Positions 8,345-17,338 of a stretch of DNA of 28,311 nt are shown here, piece after piece. The stretch spans positions 1 through 28,311 of the forward strand of contig JBDNHG010000203.1 of the NCBI GenBank assembly GCA_041688925.1. The letters run 5' to 3'. The notes under the pieces are model-generated. The model did not search any database and was not told the origin of the DNA. It saw only the letters and a list, made by a program, of their open reading frames with translations. The stretch is from Acidimicrobiales bacterium (lineage in GTDB: Bacteria > Actinomycetota > Acidimicrobiia > Acidimicrobiales > UBA10347). Each line of letters starts with the position of its first letter. Position 1 is the first letter of the stretch. The position numbers and the translations under genes are program-made.

Positions 8345-9292
8345 ATGACTGAGATGACCGCCATCGTCACCAACGCCGACCACACCATGAGCCCTGCACA
8401 GATCGAACGCCCGACCCCCGGACCGACCGAGGTCCTCATCAAGAGCGCTGCCGCCGGGATCAACCCCGTCGACTGGAAGGTCCGTGCCAACCCCGAAGGT
8501 TTCGTAACATTCGATCCAGACGCGCCAATCGTGCTCGGGTGGGATGTCGCCGGCGAGATCGTCGAAGTTGGCGCCGGAGTCACTCGCTTTCAGGTCGGCG
8601 ATCGAGTCTTCGGCATGCCCCGTTTCCCGCGCCCAGCAAGCGCGTACGCCGAATATGTGGTGGCCGGTTCTCGCGAGGTCGCCAAGACCCCCGACAACAT
8701 CACCGACATCGAAGCCGGAGCACTGCCGCTCGCGGTGCTGACCGCGTGGCAGGCCATCGTCGACACGCTGCATGTGGGCGAAGGCGACCGAGTGCTCATT
8801 CATGCCGCATCGGGTGGTGTTGGCCATCTCGCAGTACAGATCGCCAAGGCACGTGGAGCCGAAGTCTGGGGCACTGCCTCGGCCGCTAATCACGATGCGC
8901 TTCGTGAGCTCGGCATCGATCACGTCATCGACTACAAGACTGATCGCTTCGAAGAGATCGCCACCGACATGGATGCGGTCGTCGACCTGGTGGGCACCGG
9001 CGGCTACCCCGCTCGCTCGGTGCAGTCGCTCAAGCGCGGCGGCAAGCTCGTCGTCATCCCATCGCCACAAGGAATGCCGTCACCAGACGAACTCGCTGCG
9101 GCCGGCGTGACCGGCACATGGATGCTGGTCGAACCCGACTACGCATCACTCGAAGCAGTGGCCGCAATGCTCACCGCTGGAACCCTGCGGGTCGTCATCG
9201 GCGATACCCGTCCACTCGCTCAGGTGGCTGAGCTACACATCATTGGCGAAGCCGGCGGGCCAATGGGCAAACTCGTCGCCACCATCGCCTGA
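8345..9292 (+). CDS. NADP-dependent oxidoreductase (MDR/quinone oxidoreductase family)
   Basis: AAGINPVDWK, LGWDVAGEIV, YAEY, VLIHAASGGVGHLAVQIAK, GKLV. Confidence 0.92.
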   Translation: MTEMTAIVTNADHTMSPAQIERPTPGPTEVLIKSAAAGINPVDWKVRANPEGFVTFDPDAPIVLGWDVAGEIVEVGAGVTRFQVGDRVFGMPRFPRPASAYAEYVVAGSREVAKTPDNITDIEAGALPLAVLTAWQAIVDTLHVGEGDRVLIHAASGGVGHLAVQIAKARGAEVWGTASAANHDALRELGIDHVIDYKTDRFEEIATDMDAVVDLVGTGGYPARSVQSLKRGGKLVVIPSPQGMPSPDELAAAGVTGTWMLVEPDYASLEAVAAMLTAGTLRVVIGDTRPLAQVAELHIIGEAGGPMGKLVATIA

Positions 9293-9364
9293 CACCCCAT
9301 CGCCCGAGACACCACCCGATAGACACCGTCGACTGAGACACGATCGCCTGAGAAGGGCTCCGCT

Positions 9365-10171
9365 ATGCAAAAGACCATCCTCATAACCGGATCGACCGAC
9401 GGCATCGGCCTCGAAGCCGCCAAACGCCTGGCAGCCGATGGCCATCATGTCATCCTGCACGGCCGGAACCCGGCGAAGCTCAACGATGCTCAGGCCGAGG
9501 TCCGCGCCCAAAAGGGCGACGGTGCCGTTGACCAGATCGTCGCCGATCTCTCACGCCCTGCCGATGTCGCTACGTTCGCCGACGAGGTGGTCGAACGGTT
9601 CGACTCACTCGACGTGTTGATCAACAACGCCGGCGTGTTCGGAGCAACCGAGCCGCTGACTGTCGACGGTATCGATGTGCGATTCGCCGTCAACACGCTC
9701 GCCCCCTACGTGCTTACCCAGCGGCTCCTGCCGCTGATCGGCGCATCGGGCCGAGTCATCAATCTGTCGTCCGCCGCCCAGGAACCTGTCGATTCCGATG
9801 CCCTTCGCGGCTCGGTGCCGCTGGCCGATCGCGATGCCTATGCACAGAGCAAGCTGGCGCTGAACATGTGGTCGCGGCACCTTGCCGACGAAATCGGCGT
9901 CGACGGAACAACCATCGTCGCCGTCAACCCCGGCTCACTGCTGGCCACCAAGATGGTCAAGGACGCGTTCGGAATCGATGGCAATGACATCGGCATCGGC
10001 GCCGACATCCTGGTCAGAGCGGCCCTGTCCCCCGAGTTCGCCACCGCGACCGGCAAATACTTTGACAACGACTCGGGCCAATTTGCGCCGCCACATGCCG
10101 ATGCACTCGATGCTCAGAAGAACCAGACAGTCGTCGACATCATCGAATCGATTCTTGCCACCCTCCTCTGA
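9365..10171 (+). CDS. SDR family NAD(P)-dependent oxidoreductase
   Basis: TGSTDGIG, LINNAG, YAQSK. Confidence 0.93.
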   Translation: MQKTILITGSTDGIGLEAAKRLAADGHHVILHGRNPAKLNDAQAEVRAQKGDGAVDQIVADLSRPADVATFADEVVERFDSLDVLINNAGVFGATEPLTVDGIDVRFAVNTLAPYVLTQRLLPLIGASGRVINLSSAAQEPVDSDALRGSVPLADRDAYAQSKLALNMWSRHLADEIGVDGTTIVAVNPGSLLATKMVKDAFGIDGNDIGIGADILVRAALSPEFATATGKYFDNDSGQFAPPHADALDAQKNQTVVDIIESILATLL

Positions 10172-10454
10172 AACGGTGGATTGCAACGGAGCGACAACAT
10201 CGTCAGTCGCAAAACAGCACTGGATCACTTGCGAGAGCAATGGCCAGATCTCGAACGAAGACGGGTGGGGCTGCGACAGGCCTGACGTAGCTGGCTCGCC
10301 AGTCGAGGGTTCCTGTCGCTAGTTCATACTTCGCCACGAAACCGGGTTGATCGCGCTCACCACCTGCAACGATGAGCGATTGATCTACTGCCGCTACGGA
10401 CTGTGCTTGCGCCAGGTCTGTTGTCCAGACGGGCTCTAGGTCTGTGTCAGCTAG

Positions 10455-11526
10455 GGCTACGTCAGACGGCGATACCTCACCGCCTCCAACCTCAGACGAG
10501 CAATCACCACCGTCGTCAACGCCACCCACGACGCTCGACACCAACAGCTCTGGGGCGACGTCACCACCACCGCGTCGGACTCAACCAAATTCGGGGCGTG
10601 GGATCAGAACCTGCTCACCGAGTGGCACACCCGCTACAAAGGCCCTGGCGTCATGATCTACTGGCACGTCGACCGCAAAGCGCTCTGCGTGCACAGCCAA
10701 CTCAAATCGTGCTCATCATCTGAAGTCGCCGCGATGATCGAAGGGCTCCTGCGCCACCAATCCAACCTTGAGATCGAAGGCAACTACGTTGACACCCACG
10801 GCCAATCAGAGATCGGGTTCGCATTCACCGAACTCCTCGGCTACAAGCTCCTCCCCCGCCTCAAACGCATCGGCGCCCAACGCCTCTACCTGCCAACCCC
10901 CAAAACCGCGCACCGATGGCCGGCCCTGCGACCAGTACTCACCCGACCCATCAACTGGAAATCCATCGCCGACCAATACGACCAGCTGATCCGGTACGCC
11001 ACCGCCATCAACCTCGGCACCGCTGACACCGCTGACACCGAAACCATCCTGCGACGCTTCACCCGAACCAACGTTTCAACACCCCACGTACAAGGCGCTC
11101 CACGAACTCGGCAAAGCCACCCGCACAATCTTCCTCTGCGACTATCTCACCCTGATCGAACTGCGACGCGAGAGCAACGAAGGCCTCAACGTCGTCGAAA
11201 ACTGGAACTCCGCCAACGGATTCATCCGCTACGGCAACCTCGGTGAGATCCCCAGCAACCAGCGCGACGACCAAGAAGTCGCCGCCCTCTGCCTCCACCT
11301 ACTCCAATCCGTGCTCGTCGACATCAACACCCTCATGATCCAAGACGTCCTCGCAGACGACCGCCACACAATCACACTCAACGCCGAAGACCGACGAGGA
11401 CTCACCCCGCTCTCATTCAGCCATGTAAATCCCTACGGGGAGTTCCATCTAGATCTCGACACCCGGATACCCATAACCGACCAACCCGACAGAAAACACT
11501 TGACAAGCGCCGGAAAAGCCACCTGA
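10455..11526 (+). pseudogene. tnpA: Tn3 family transposase, C-terminal (DDE) remnant with a +1 frameshift near 11075
   Basis: [40 protein letters not shown]...[15 protein letters not shown]; after the extra T it reads [13 protein letters not shown]...[13 protein letters not shown]...VNPYGEF. The 5' part is missing. Confidence 0.9.
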
Positions 11527-11530
11527 CCCC
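11493..11530 (-). mobile_element. Putative Tn3-family right terminal inverted repeat (GGGGTCAGG...)
   Basis: The transposase stop is followed immediately by CCCC; Tn3 IRs start with GGGG. No partner IR in the window to confirm. Confidence 0.4.
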
Positions 11531-11531
11531 T

Positions 11532-11675
11532 CATTACAGCTTCCGTCACGGGGGCCGCCAACCGCAGACGGAGTGCCCCGTGTGCTCAGGCCTCGGTAAG
11601 GCCCCTGGATCGCTCGACCTGCCGTGCCCGAAGTGCAGCGGCGCCAGCGTCATCCGAGCCACACTGGCTCTCTAA
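11532..11675 (+). pseudogene. 5'-truncated small ORF with two CxxCxG motifs (DnaJ-type zinc finger-like)
   Basis: Frame starting at 11532 reads HYSFRHGGRQPQTE-CPVCSGLG-KAPGSLDLP-CPKCSGAS-VIRATLAL*; no start codon between the Tn3 end and the motifs. Confidence 0.45.
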
Positions 11676-11716
11676 CCATCGTGCCACTGTCGTTGCCCCG
11701 TAAAGGTAGTGACACG

Positions 11717-13453
11717 TTAGCGCCCTCGGGATCCGCCCTCATCGGCCGCACCTGCCTGCAGGGCGTCGAGCAACCCCTTGTGCGCCCGGCGCACCGCCTC
11801 CACCTCGTCGGCCTGCAGGGCGAACGCAAGATCGTCCACACACCTCTCAAGGACAGCGGCGAACTCCCCGAGCCGCTCGCCATTCTCGATCAGCAGTCTC
11901 GTCGTGTGATAGAGCGCGAGTTCCGCCTCGTTGTGCGCGCCGGTAGCGTCGCGCCGACGGCGGTCCTCTTCGGCGTGCGACTCCGCCTCCATGACCATCT
12001 CCTCGATGACGTCGGGGGCGAGTGCCGACTGCCCCGTCATCGTGAGTTGCTGCTCCGCCCCCGTGAGCAGGTCCTTGGCGGCGACGTGGAGGATGCCATC
12101 GGCGTCGATCGTGAAGACCACCTCGATCTGCGGCTCGGCGCGTGCCATTCTCAGGATCCCCGCCAGCGTGAGGGTGCCCAGAGACCGGTTCTGGCTGGCC
12201 ATCGGCCGCTCTCCCTGCAGGACGTGCACCTCAACGCTGGTCTGCGCGTCCTCCGCTGTGGTGAAGATCTGCGAATGCTGCGTGGGAATGGTGGTGTTGC
12301 GCTCGATCAGCCTGGTCATGATGCCACCACGCGTCTCGATGCCCAAACTCAGTGGCGTGACATCGACGAGCAGCAGTCCCGTTCGCTCGCCCAGCAGCAC
12401 ACCGGCCTGCAGTGCTGCGCCCACGGCAACGACCCGCTCAGGGTCGATCCCCGCGTGCGGCTCCTTGCCGGTGAGTTCGCGCAGGAGGCTGCGGATCATC
12501 GGCATGCGCGTCGAGCCGCCGACGAGCACGACGTGATCCAATGCGGCGACCTGGATGCCTGCGTCGGACACGGCCCTCAGGAACAGTGCCGTGCATTCGG
12601 TGACCAGATCGGCCGTCTGCGCCTCGAACTCCGTGCGCGTGAGCCGCACGATGGCAGGGCCAGCGTCGGAGTCGCCGCCGACCGGCACGCTGACGGTTGT
12701 CTCGTCCTTGGTGGAGAGCACGACCTTCGCCGCCTCGGCGAGATCGAGCAGCCGCCTACGTAGGCCCGGATCAGAACGGAGGCCGGCGGCGTCGCTGCCG
12801 GGCACCTCGTTGAGCAGCCACGTGGCCAGGCGATCATCCCAGTCATTGCCCCCCAGGGTGACGTTGCCGCATGTCGAGCGCACCTCGAACACTCCGCCAG
12901 CGATGGACACAACGGAGACGTCGCACGTTCCGCCGCCCAGATCGAAGACCAGCACCATCTCGGCACCTTCGTTGCCAAGTCCGTACGCGAGTGCCGCCGC
13001 AGTCGGCTCGCTGAGCAGCCTCAGCACGTCGAGCCCAGCGATCTGGGCAGCATCCATGGTGGCCTGGCGCCCGGCGTCGTCAAAGTACGCTGGCACCGTG
13101 ACGACCGCCTGCGTCACGGGCTTGCCCACAGCGGCGCCGGCATCCCGCATGAGCTTCTGCAGGATTCGCGCCGAGATCTCCTCCGGGAACCACGTGCGCG
13201 AGGCAACCTCGAAAGTGAAGTCCGTGCCCATGTGACGCTTGACGGCGGGCACGACTCGTTCTGGATGCGTGACCGCTAGTTGGCACGCCAGGACGCCCAC
13301 GCAGACCTCCCCGTCGGGCGTGATGCCGACCATCGAGGGCGTGAACGACGATCCCTCAGAGTTGGGCAGCACGACCGGGTGGCCGTCCTTGAGGATCGCG
13401 ACCATCGAGTTGGTCGTTCCGAGGTCGATACCCACTGCAGTGTGTCTAGGCAT
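11717..13453 (-). CDS. dnaK: Hsp70/DnaK paralogue, last gene of the gas vesicle operon
   Basis: GIDLGTTNS, VKRHMG, VPAYFDD, EPTAAA, DLGGGTCDVS, LVGGSTRMP, DVTPLSLGIET, RNTTIPT, PQIEV; start overlaps the upstream gvpL stop by 8 nt. Confidence 0.93.
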   Translation of the reverse strand: MPRHTAVGIDLGTTNSMVAILKDGHPVVLPNSEGSSFTPSMVGITPDGEVCVGVLACQLAVTHPERVVPAVKRHMGTDFTFEVASRTWFPEEISARILQKLMRDAGAAVGKPVTQAVVTVPAYFDDAGRQATMDAAQIAGLDVLRLLSEPTAAALAYGLGNEGAEMVLVFDLGGGTCDVSVVSIAGGVFEVRSTCGNVTLGGNDWDDRLATWLLNEVPGSDAAGLRSDPGLRRRLLDLAEAAKVVLSTKDETTVSVPVGGDSDAGPAIVRLTRTEFEAQTADLVTECTALFLRAVSDAGIQVAALDHVVLVGGSTRMPMIRSLLRELTGKEPHAGIDPERVVAVGAALQAGVLLGERTGLLLVDVTPLSLGIETRGGIMTRLIERNTTIPTQHSQIFTTAEDAQTSVEVHVLQGERPMASQNRSLGTLTLAGILRMARAEPQIEVVFTIDADGILHVAAKDLLTGAEQQLTMTGQSALAPDVIEEMVMEAESHAEEDRRRRDATGAHNEAELALYHTTRLLIENGERLGEFAAVLERCVDDLAFALQADEVEAVRRAHKGLLDALQAGAADEGGSRGR

Positions 13454-14309
13454 CCGTGCCTGCTCCCTGTTCGGTCGCTTGGTCGTCGGTCACCGTGATG
13501 AGCAGGGGCATGTCGAATGCGCCGGCGAACGCGTAGGGGGCCCATGGTCCGGTGAACCGGACGGACAGCCCGGGAGACGCCTCCACCTCAGCCAGGTACT
13601 CACCGATCGAGCGCATCTTGTCAGGATGCGCGAGCACGGCAACGTCGAGCAGCAAGTGTTCGCTAGGCTGCGCCGCGCCCGGGCTGCCTTCACGCGCTGG
13701 ACGCTTAGGATTCACGACGATCCCCTCAGACCGAAGGGCGAGCTCGTCAAACACCGTGCTCGCCGTCAGGGCTTCAGCCGCCCGTGCCCGTTCCCGGTCC
13801 TGACGCTGGCTCAGCCGGGCCTGGAAGTAGGCGCGGCCTCGTGCCGCCGGTGCAGCGTCGGCGTCTGCAGACGGCACGGCGTGCGCCCGACCGGCGAATA
13901 CCTGCACCCCAAGCTCTACTCGGTCGCGCAGCGCATCGAGTCGCGACACGATCTCGTCGTGGCCCGCGTCCAACCAGGCCACGAGCACCTCGGCTGCCGT
14001 GCGATCTCCCGTCGCGGCAACGATCGAGTTGAATCGGATCGGCAGAATCGTGCCGGCATCCGCGTGAGCCGACCTGATCACCTCGTGCTGGGCCAGGACC
14101 CAGGTATGCACCTGCGCCACATCACCCTCGCAAGGATGCGGCGCGCAGTTGTGCGCCAGGACACCGATATCACCATGGGTCACCACGGTCACAGACGCAG
14201 CGTCGAACCCCGGAGCAGAGACGGAGAGGGGATGGCCGTCGAGCGCGACGCTCGGGACTACGCCGTAGAGATACAGCGCGGTGAGCGCCCCGCCACCCAC
14301 GTCCGCCAT
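13446..14309 (-). CDS. gvpL: GvpL/GvpF family gas vesicle protein
   Basis: LYLYGVV...HEVIRSA...TILPIRFNSIV...ELGVQV...FTGPWAPYAF. Confidence 0.88.
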   Translation of the reverse strand: MADVGGGALTALYLYGVVPSVALDGHPLSVSAPGFDAASVTVVTHGDIGVLAHNCAPHPCEGDVAQVHTWVLAQHEVIRSAHADAGTILPIRFNSIVAATGDRTAAEVLVAWLDAGHDEIVSRLDALRDRVELGVQVFAGRAHAVPSADADAAPAARGRAYFQARLSQRQDRERARAAEALTASTVFDELALRSEGIVVNPKRPAREGSPGAAQPSEHLLLDVAVLAHPDKMRSIGEYLAEVEASPGLSVRFTGPWAPYAFAGAFDMPLLITVTDDQATEQGAGTDA

Positions 14310-14324
14310 ACCAACCTCCGACTC

Positions 14325-15278
14325 CTAGGAATCCCCGTGAAAGGGCTGCACTGCTTGGTGTTCCTGACTGCGCTGCCCGACGATGACGAGGGTTCCATTC
14401 GACTGCACACTCACCGACACCTCAGCATACACGACCACCGGAAGCTCGATGTATCGCGAATAACCCCAGGCACCGGTGAGTAGCAAGCCTCGACCGCTGT
14501 CCTCAACGAGCGCTGTCACTGGTGCCTCGCTCAATCGGGTGGGCACGCTCATGATGGCGATGACCGTGTTGCCGTCACATTGCACGTCGCAGGGCTCGCG
14601 CATGGACAGCCAGAGCCCCGCCACCGTGCTATCGAGCCACCAGCTCATCGAATGCACGGCACCTGTCAACAGCTCGAACCGGCTTCTCTCGTAGCGGACG
14701 GCCGAGGCACCCAGCGCCTGGTCGACCGGGGCGAAATGATCGGCCACCATGCCGGGTAGCGCCCCCGCATGGTTCTCGTCGAGGTCGAGCAGCGCAGCCA
14801 GAGTCGCTGACGTCGCCGGACCGCCCGATGCCAGCATATCGAGGACTTGGGCGGTCGAGCCGGAGACCGTCTCGAGCACCCTTGTCAGGGCGACGGCCAT
14901 GCGCATCGGATCTGCCGGTCGTTGCAGGGCGATCCCTGGCGCCTTTGCCGTGAGCCTGGACTCCCATGCATCAAGGTCGCCGGTGAGCAGCCAGACGCGT
15001 CGCAGGGTGGACGTTGAGCGCGTCAGGTACGTCACCACGAGCACGGGCTTCGCCACCACCAGGAACTTGCGTTGCGTCGTCTCGACTCGGCGAACGCTGC
15101 CGAGCGGGATGCGCACGCTACCGCGCGTGCTCGCCGCCATGAACTCTAAATGGTGATCGTCCAGGCGCCACCGGCCCATCGCCCACGGCTTGCGCGAACC
15201 GGTGCTACACACGCCCGAGGCTACGAGCGGTCCGGTCCCTCCGTCAGCCCAGGCCGACCGAATAGCCATCTTGGCCAT
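14325..15278 (-). CDS. Hypothetical gvp-operon protein: PH/GRAM-like domain, helical/HTH-like middle, alpha-crystallin-like C-terminus
   Basis: W..GRWRLDDHHLEF...IPLGSVRRVE (PH-like); VLDMLASGGPATSATLAALLDL (wHTH-like); PCDVQCDGNTVIAIMSVP...YSRYIELP...SNGTLVI (Hsp20-like). The start (15278 or 15269) overlaps gvpK. Confidence 0.65.
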   Translation of the reverse strand: MAKMAIRSAWADGGTGPLVASGVCSTGSRKPWAMGRWRLDDHHLEFMAASTRGSVRIPLGSVRRVETTQRKFLVVAKPVLVVTYLTRSTSTLRRVWLLTGDLDAWESRLTAKAPGIALQRPADPMRMAVALTRVLETVSGSTAQVLDMLASGGPATSATLAALLDLDENHAGALPGMVADHFAPVDQALGASAVRYERSRFELLTGAVHSMSWWLDSTVAGLWLSMREPCDVQCDGNTVIAIMSVPTRLSEAPVTALVEDSGRGLLLTGAWGYSRYIELPVVVYAEVSVSVQSNGTLVIVGQRSQEHQAVQPFHGDS

Positions 15279-15573
15279 CGGCCACCCCTTTCGCGTTGAT
15301 CAGGCTGGTCACGAGATCATTCACCAGATCGTCGAGCTGGTCGCGAATCTCCTGCGTGGCGTCGGTGACGTCCAGCTCCTCCTTGAGCTCGGCGATCGCC
15401 TCCTCAATGTCTGCCATCGCATTTCCGATCCGCTCGACCTCCTCGTCAGTCAGGCTTCCCCGCTCCACGCGCTGCAACGCTGTGTGGGCGAGTACCTCCT
15501 GCACGACCTCGACCAGCGCGAACACCAGCCCGAGCAGTCCCTTCCGCAGGTCGTCCCGCTCAACGTTGATCAC
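15244..15573 (-). CDS. gvpK: Gas vesicle protein GvpK
   Basis: INVERDDLRKGLLGLVFALVEVVQEVL...ALQRVERGSLTDEEVERIG; GTG start overlaps the upstream stop (GTGA). Confidence 0.9.
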   Translation of the reverse strand: MINVERDDLRKGLLGLVFALVEVVQEVLAHTALQRVERGSLTDEEVERIGNAMADIEEAIAELKEELDVTDATQEIRDQLDDLVNDLVTSLINAKGVADGQDGYSVGLG

Positions 15574-16496
15574 GAGCTCAAGCTGTCCTCGTGGGACATG
15601 GCCTGCCGGATAGCGGTCGCCCAATGCTCGACGTCTTTGCTCACAAAGGCCAGCTCTTGGTGATCGTCGCGACGCACCAAGCACAGCACGTCGCAGTCGC
15701 CGAGCGGACCGCTGATAAGCCTTCGCTCGACGGTGACGCGCTCCAGCTCGGTCACCTGGACATCGACCACGCAGCGTCGCTCGAAGTCCGACCAGAATGA
15801 GAAGGAGCCATTGGAGATCGCGCCCCAGCCAGGTCGCCAGCCCCCCTCGCCACCACTGTCATGCCACAGCTGGCTCTCCGCGGTCACGTCCGGGAAGGCG
15901 ATACGCAGCTCCGCTGAGTCGAGCTGCGCGACCCGCACGTCCTGTCGACGCAGGAGGTCGGCGAGGACGGCCTGGAACATCTCCGGCTCACCCGTGCGCA
16001 CCAGCACAAGGGCCCCACTGGCGTCCGCAAGGCACACCACTTCACTGGTGACCCCGGCCTCGACGATGCTGAACGTGCCGATGGCTGCGACATCGCGCAG
16101 CGCCAAACTCACCAGGACCTCGTTCGGGCTGCGGCGCACCAGGAGGAGACGCTGGTCCGTGAGATAGGCACGACCCGGCCGCCACGTGCGCATGATGCCC
16201 TCATTGCTGCGGACCATGGCGAACTGCTCGATCACGATGTTCTCGCCGACGGCCAGTCCCAGCTGCGCCGGTCCCCGCTCGAGGGCAGCATCGGCACGCG
16301 TCGACTTGTCCCAGTCACCAAACATGCCGTAGGTGTTCATGGTCTCGATGGACGCCAGTGCAGCGTGCAGGCTGAGACCGACGAGCGGGATCCCAGCCAC
16401 GCTGATGATGAGATCGAGCTTGACGAATACACCGCGGTCCAGCACGCGTTCCAGAAGGTCGCTCATGCCTGCCTTCGTGTCGACTACAGGTTCCAC
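15570..16496 (-). CDS. gvpM: GvpA-family (GvpM/S-like) domain fused to two PH/GRAM-like domains
   Basis: N-terminus LLERVLDRGVFVKLDLIISVAGIPLVGLSLHAALASIETMNTYGMFGDWD, then two repeats each containing WRPG-[aromatic]...L/I-T/S...L. Confidence 0.7.
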   Translation of the reverse strand: MEPVVDTKAGMSDLLERVLDRGVFVKLDLIISVAGIPLVGLSLHAALASIETMNTYGMFGDWDKSTRADAALERGPAQLGLAVGENIVIEQFAMVRSNEGIMRTWRPGRAYLTDQRLLLVRRSPNEVLVSLALRDVAAIGTFSIVEAGVTSEVVCLADASGALVLVRTGEPEMFQAVLADLLRRQDVRVAQLDSAELRIAFPDVTAESQLWHDSGGEGGWRPGWGAISNGSFSFWSDFERRCVVDVQVTELERVTVERRLISGPLGDCDVLCLVRRDDHQELAFVSKDVEHWATAIRQAMSHEDSLSS

Positions 16497-16539
16497 AGTC
16501 GTGTCCGTCTGCTGGCTGCTACTGGATTGGAGCTAGGTG

Positions 16540-16917
16540 TCATACGGCGGGCGGCGCGTACGTATCGTCGCCAGGTTTAGTATGGGCGAGCGCGCTCTGC
16601 CAGCCGCAAGCCGGGCAGCCCTCCTCGAGCAACTCGGAGCGGCCAGCGAACCGCTCGTCGCACGCCGGACAGGCGACCTTCGCGATCATGGCGTCCTGCC
16701 ACGCCGGCACGGTCAAGTCCGTTCCCGCGGGGAACTCAAGTCCGTATCGTGCGGCGGTCTCGAACGACGCCAGAGCGGCGCGCACCTTGATGCCAAGCAG
16801 CTCGACGCCCGCGAGCGAGATCAGAATATCGGCGTTGATCACCAGCCCCTTGTCGAGGATCGCGTCGATCACGTCGACGAGCGAGCCGCTCGTGTCGTTG
16901 ACTGGCTGAAGCTGCAT
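16540..16917 (-). CDS. gvpJ: Gas vesicle protein GvpJ with C-terminal CxxC...CxxC zinc ribbon
   Basis: SLVDVIDAILDKGLVINADILISLAGVELLGIKVRAALASFETAARYGLEFP; CPAC...CPACGW; purine-rich RBS (GAAGGGGAAG) before ATG 16917. Confidence 0.9.
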   Translation of the reverse strand: MQLQPVNDTSGSLVDVIDAILDKGLVINADILISLAGVELLGIKVRAALASFETAARYGLEFPAGTDLTVPAWQDAMIAKVACPACDERFAGRSELLEEGCPACGWQSALAHTKPGDDTYAPPAV

Positions 16918-16991
16918 CGTCTTCCCCTTCAACTGGTGCTGTGTGTCCATGCCGTAGTCACGCTAATCGCGCTGCACGGCTGGTCGGCTGG

Positions 16992-17279
16992 TCATTCGGG
17001 TACATCTTCGAATCCGATCTGCTGTCCCATGGTCCGCGAGAAGAGTCGCTCCCAAGACAGCAGGCTTCCCTCGCTGTCGAGGATCACCTCGTACACCCCC
17101 ACGATGTTCTGGGTGTCGGGCACGCGCCGGAGCTCGGTGACCTCGACCTGCCCCTCCCAGCCTTCCTCGGCACGCTCCAAGGACACGACACTGAGGGCCT
17201 CGAAGCCGGTCACGAGCCGGATGTCCTCCTTGATGCCCTTCGCGATCTGCACAATGTTGCGTCTGATTACCATCGTCAT
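16992..17279 (-). CDS. gvpO: Gas vesicle protein GvpO (GvpR)
   Basis: VTG...SVVSLERAEEGWEGQVEVTELRRVPDTQNIVGVYEVILDSEGSLLSWER. Confidence 0.9.
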   Translation of the reverse strand: MTMVIRRNIVQIAKGIKEDIRLVTGFEALSVVSLERAEEGWEGQVEVTELRRVPDTQNIVGVYEVILDSEGSLLSWERLFSRTMGQQIGFEDVPE

Positions 17280-17338
17280 TTCCTCTCATATTGGGTTGGC
17301 CTTCGCATTCCCCGGACCGGGCTGGCATGCGCCTTCGT

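Noticed and set aside
9284-9354. Degenerate ~15-bp GACAC periodicity between the two oxidoreductase genes
   Set aside because: GACAC occurs at 9291, 9308, 9323 and 9338, but the units are too divergent to assign a function; likely an old slippage repeat.
11023-11040. 9-bp duplication (GCTGACACC x2) in the Tn3 remnant
   Set aside because: Real, but a trivial in-frame slippage in an already dead gene.
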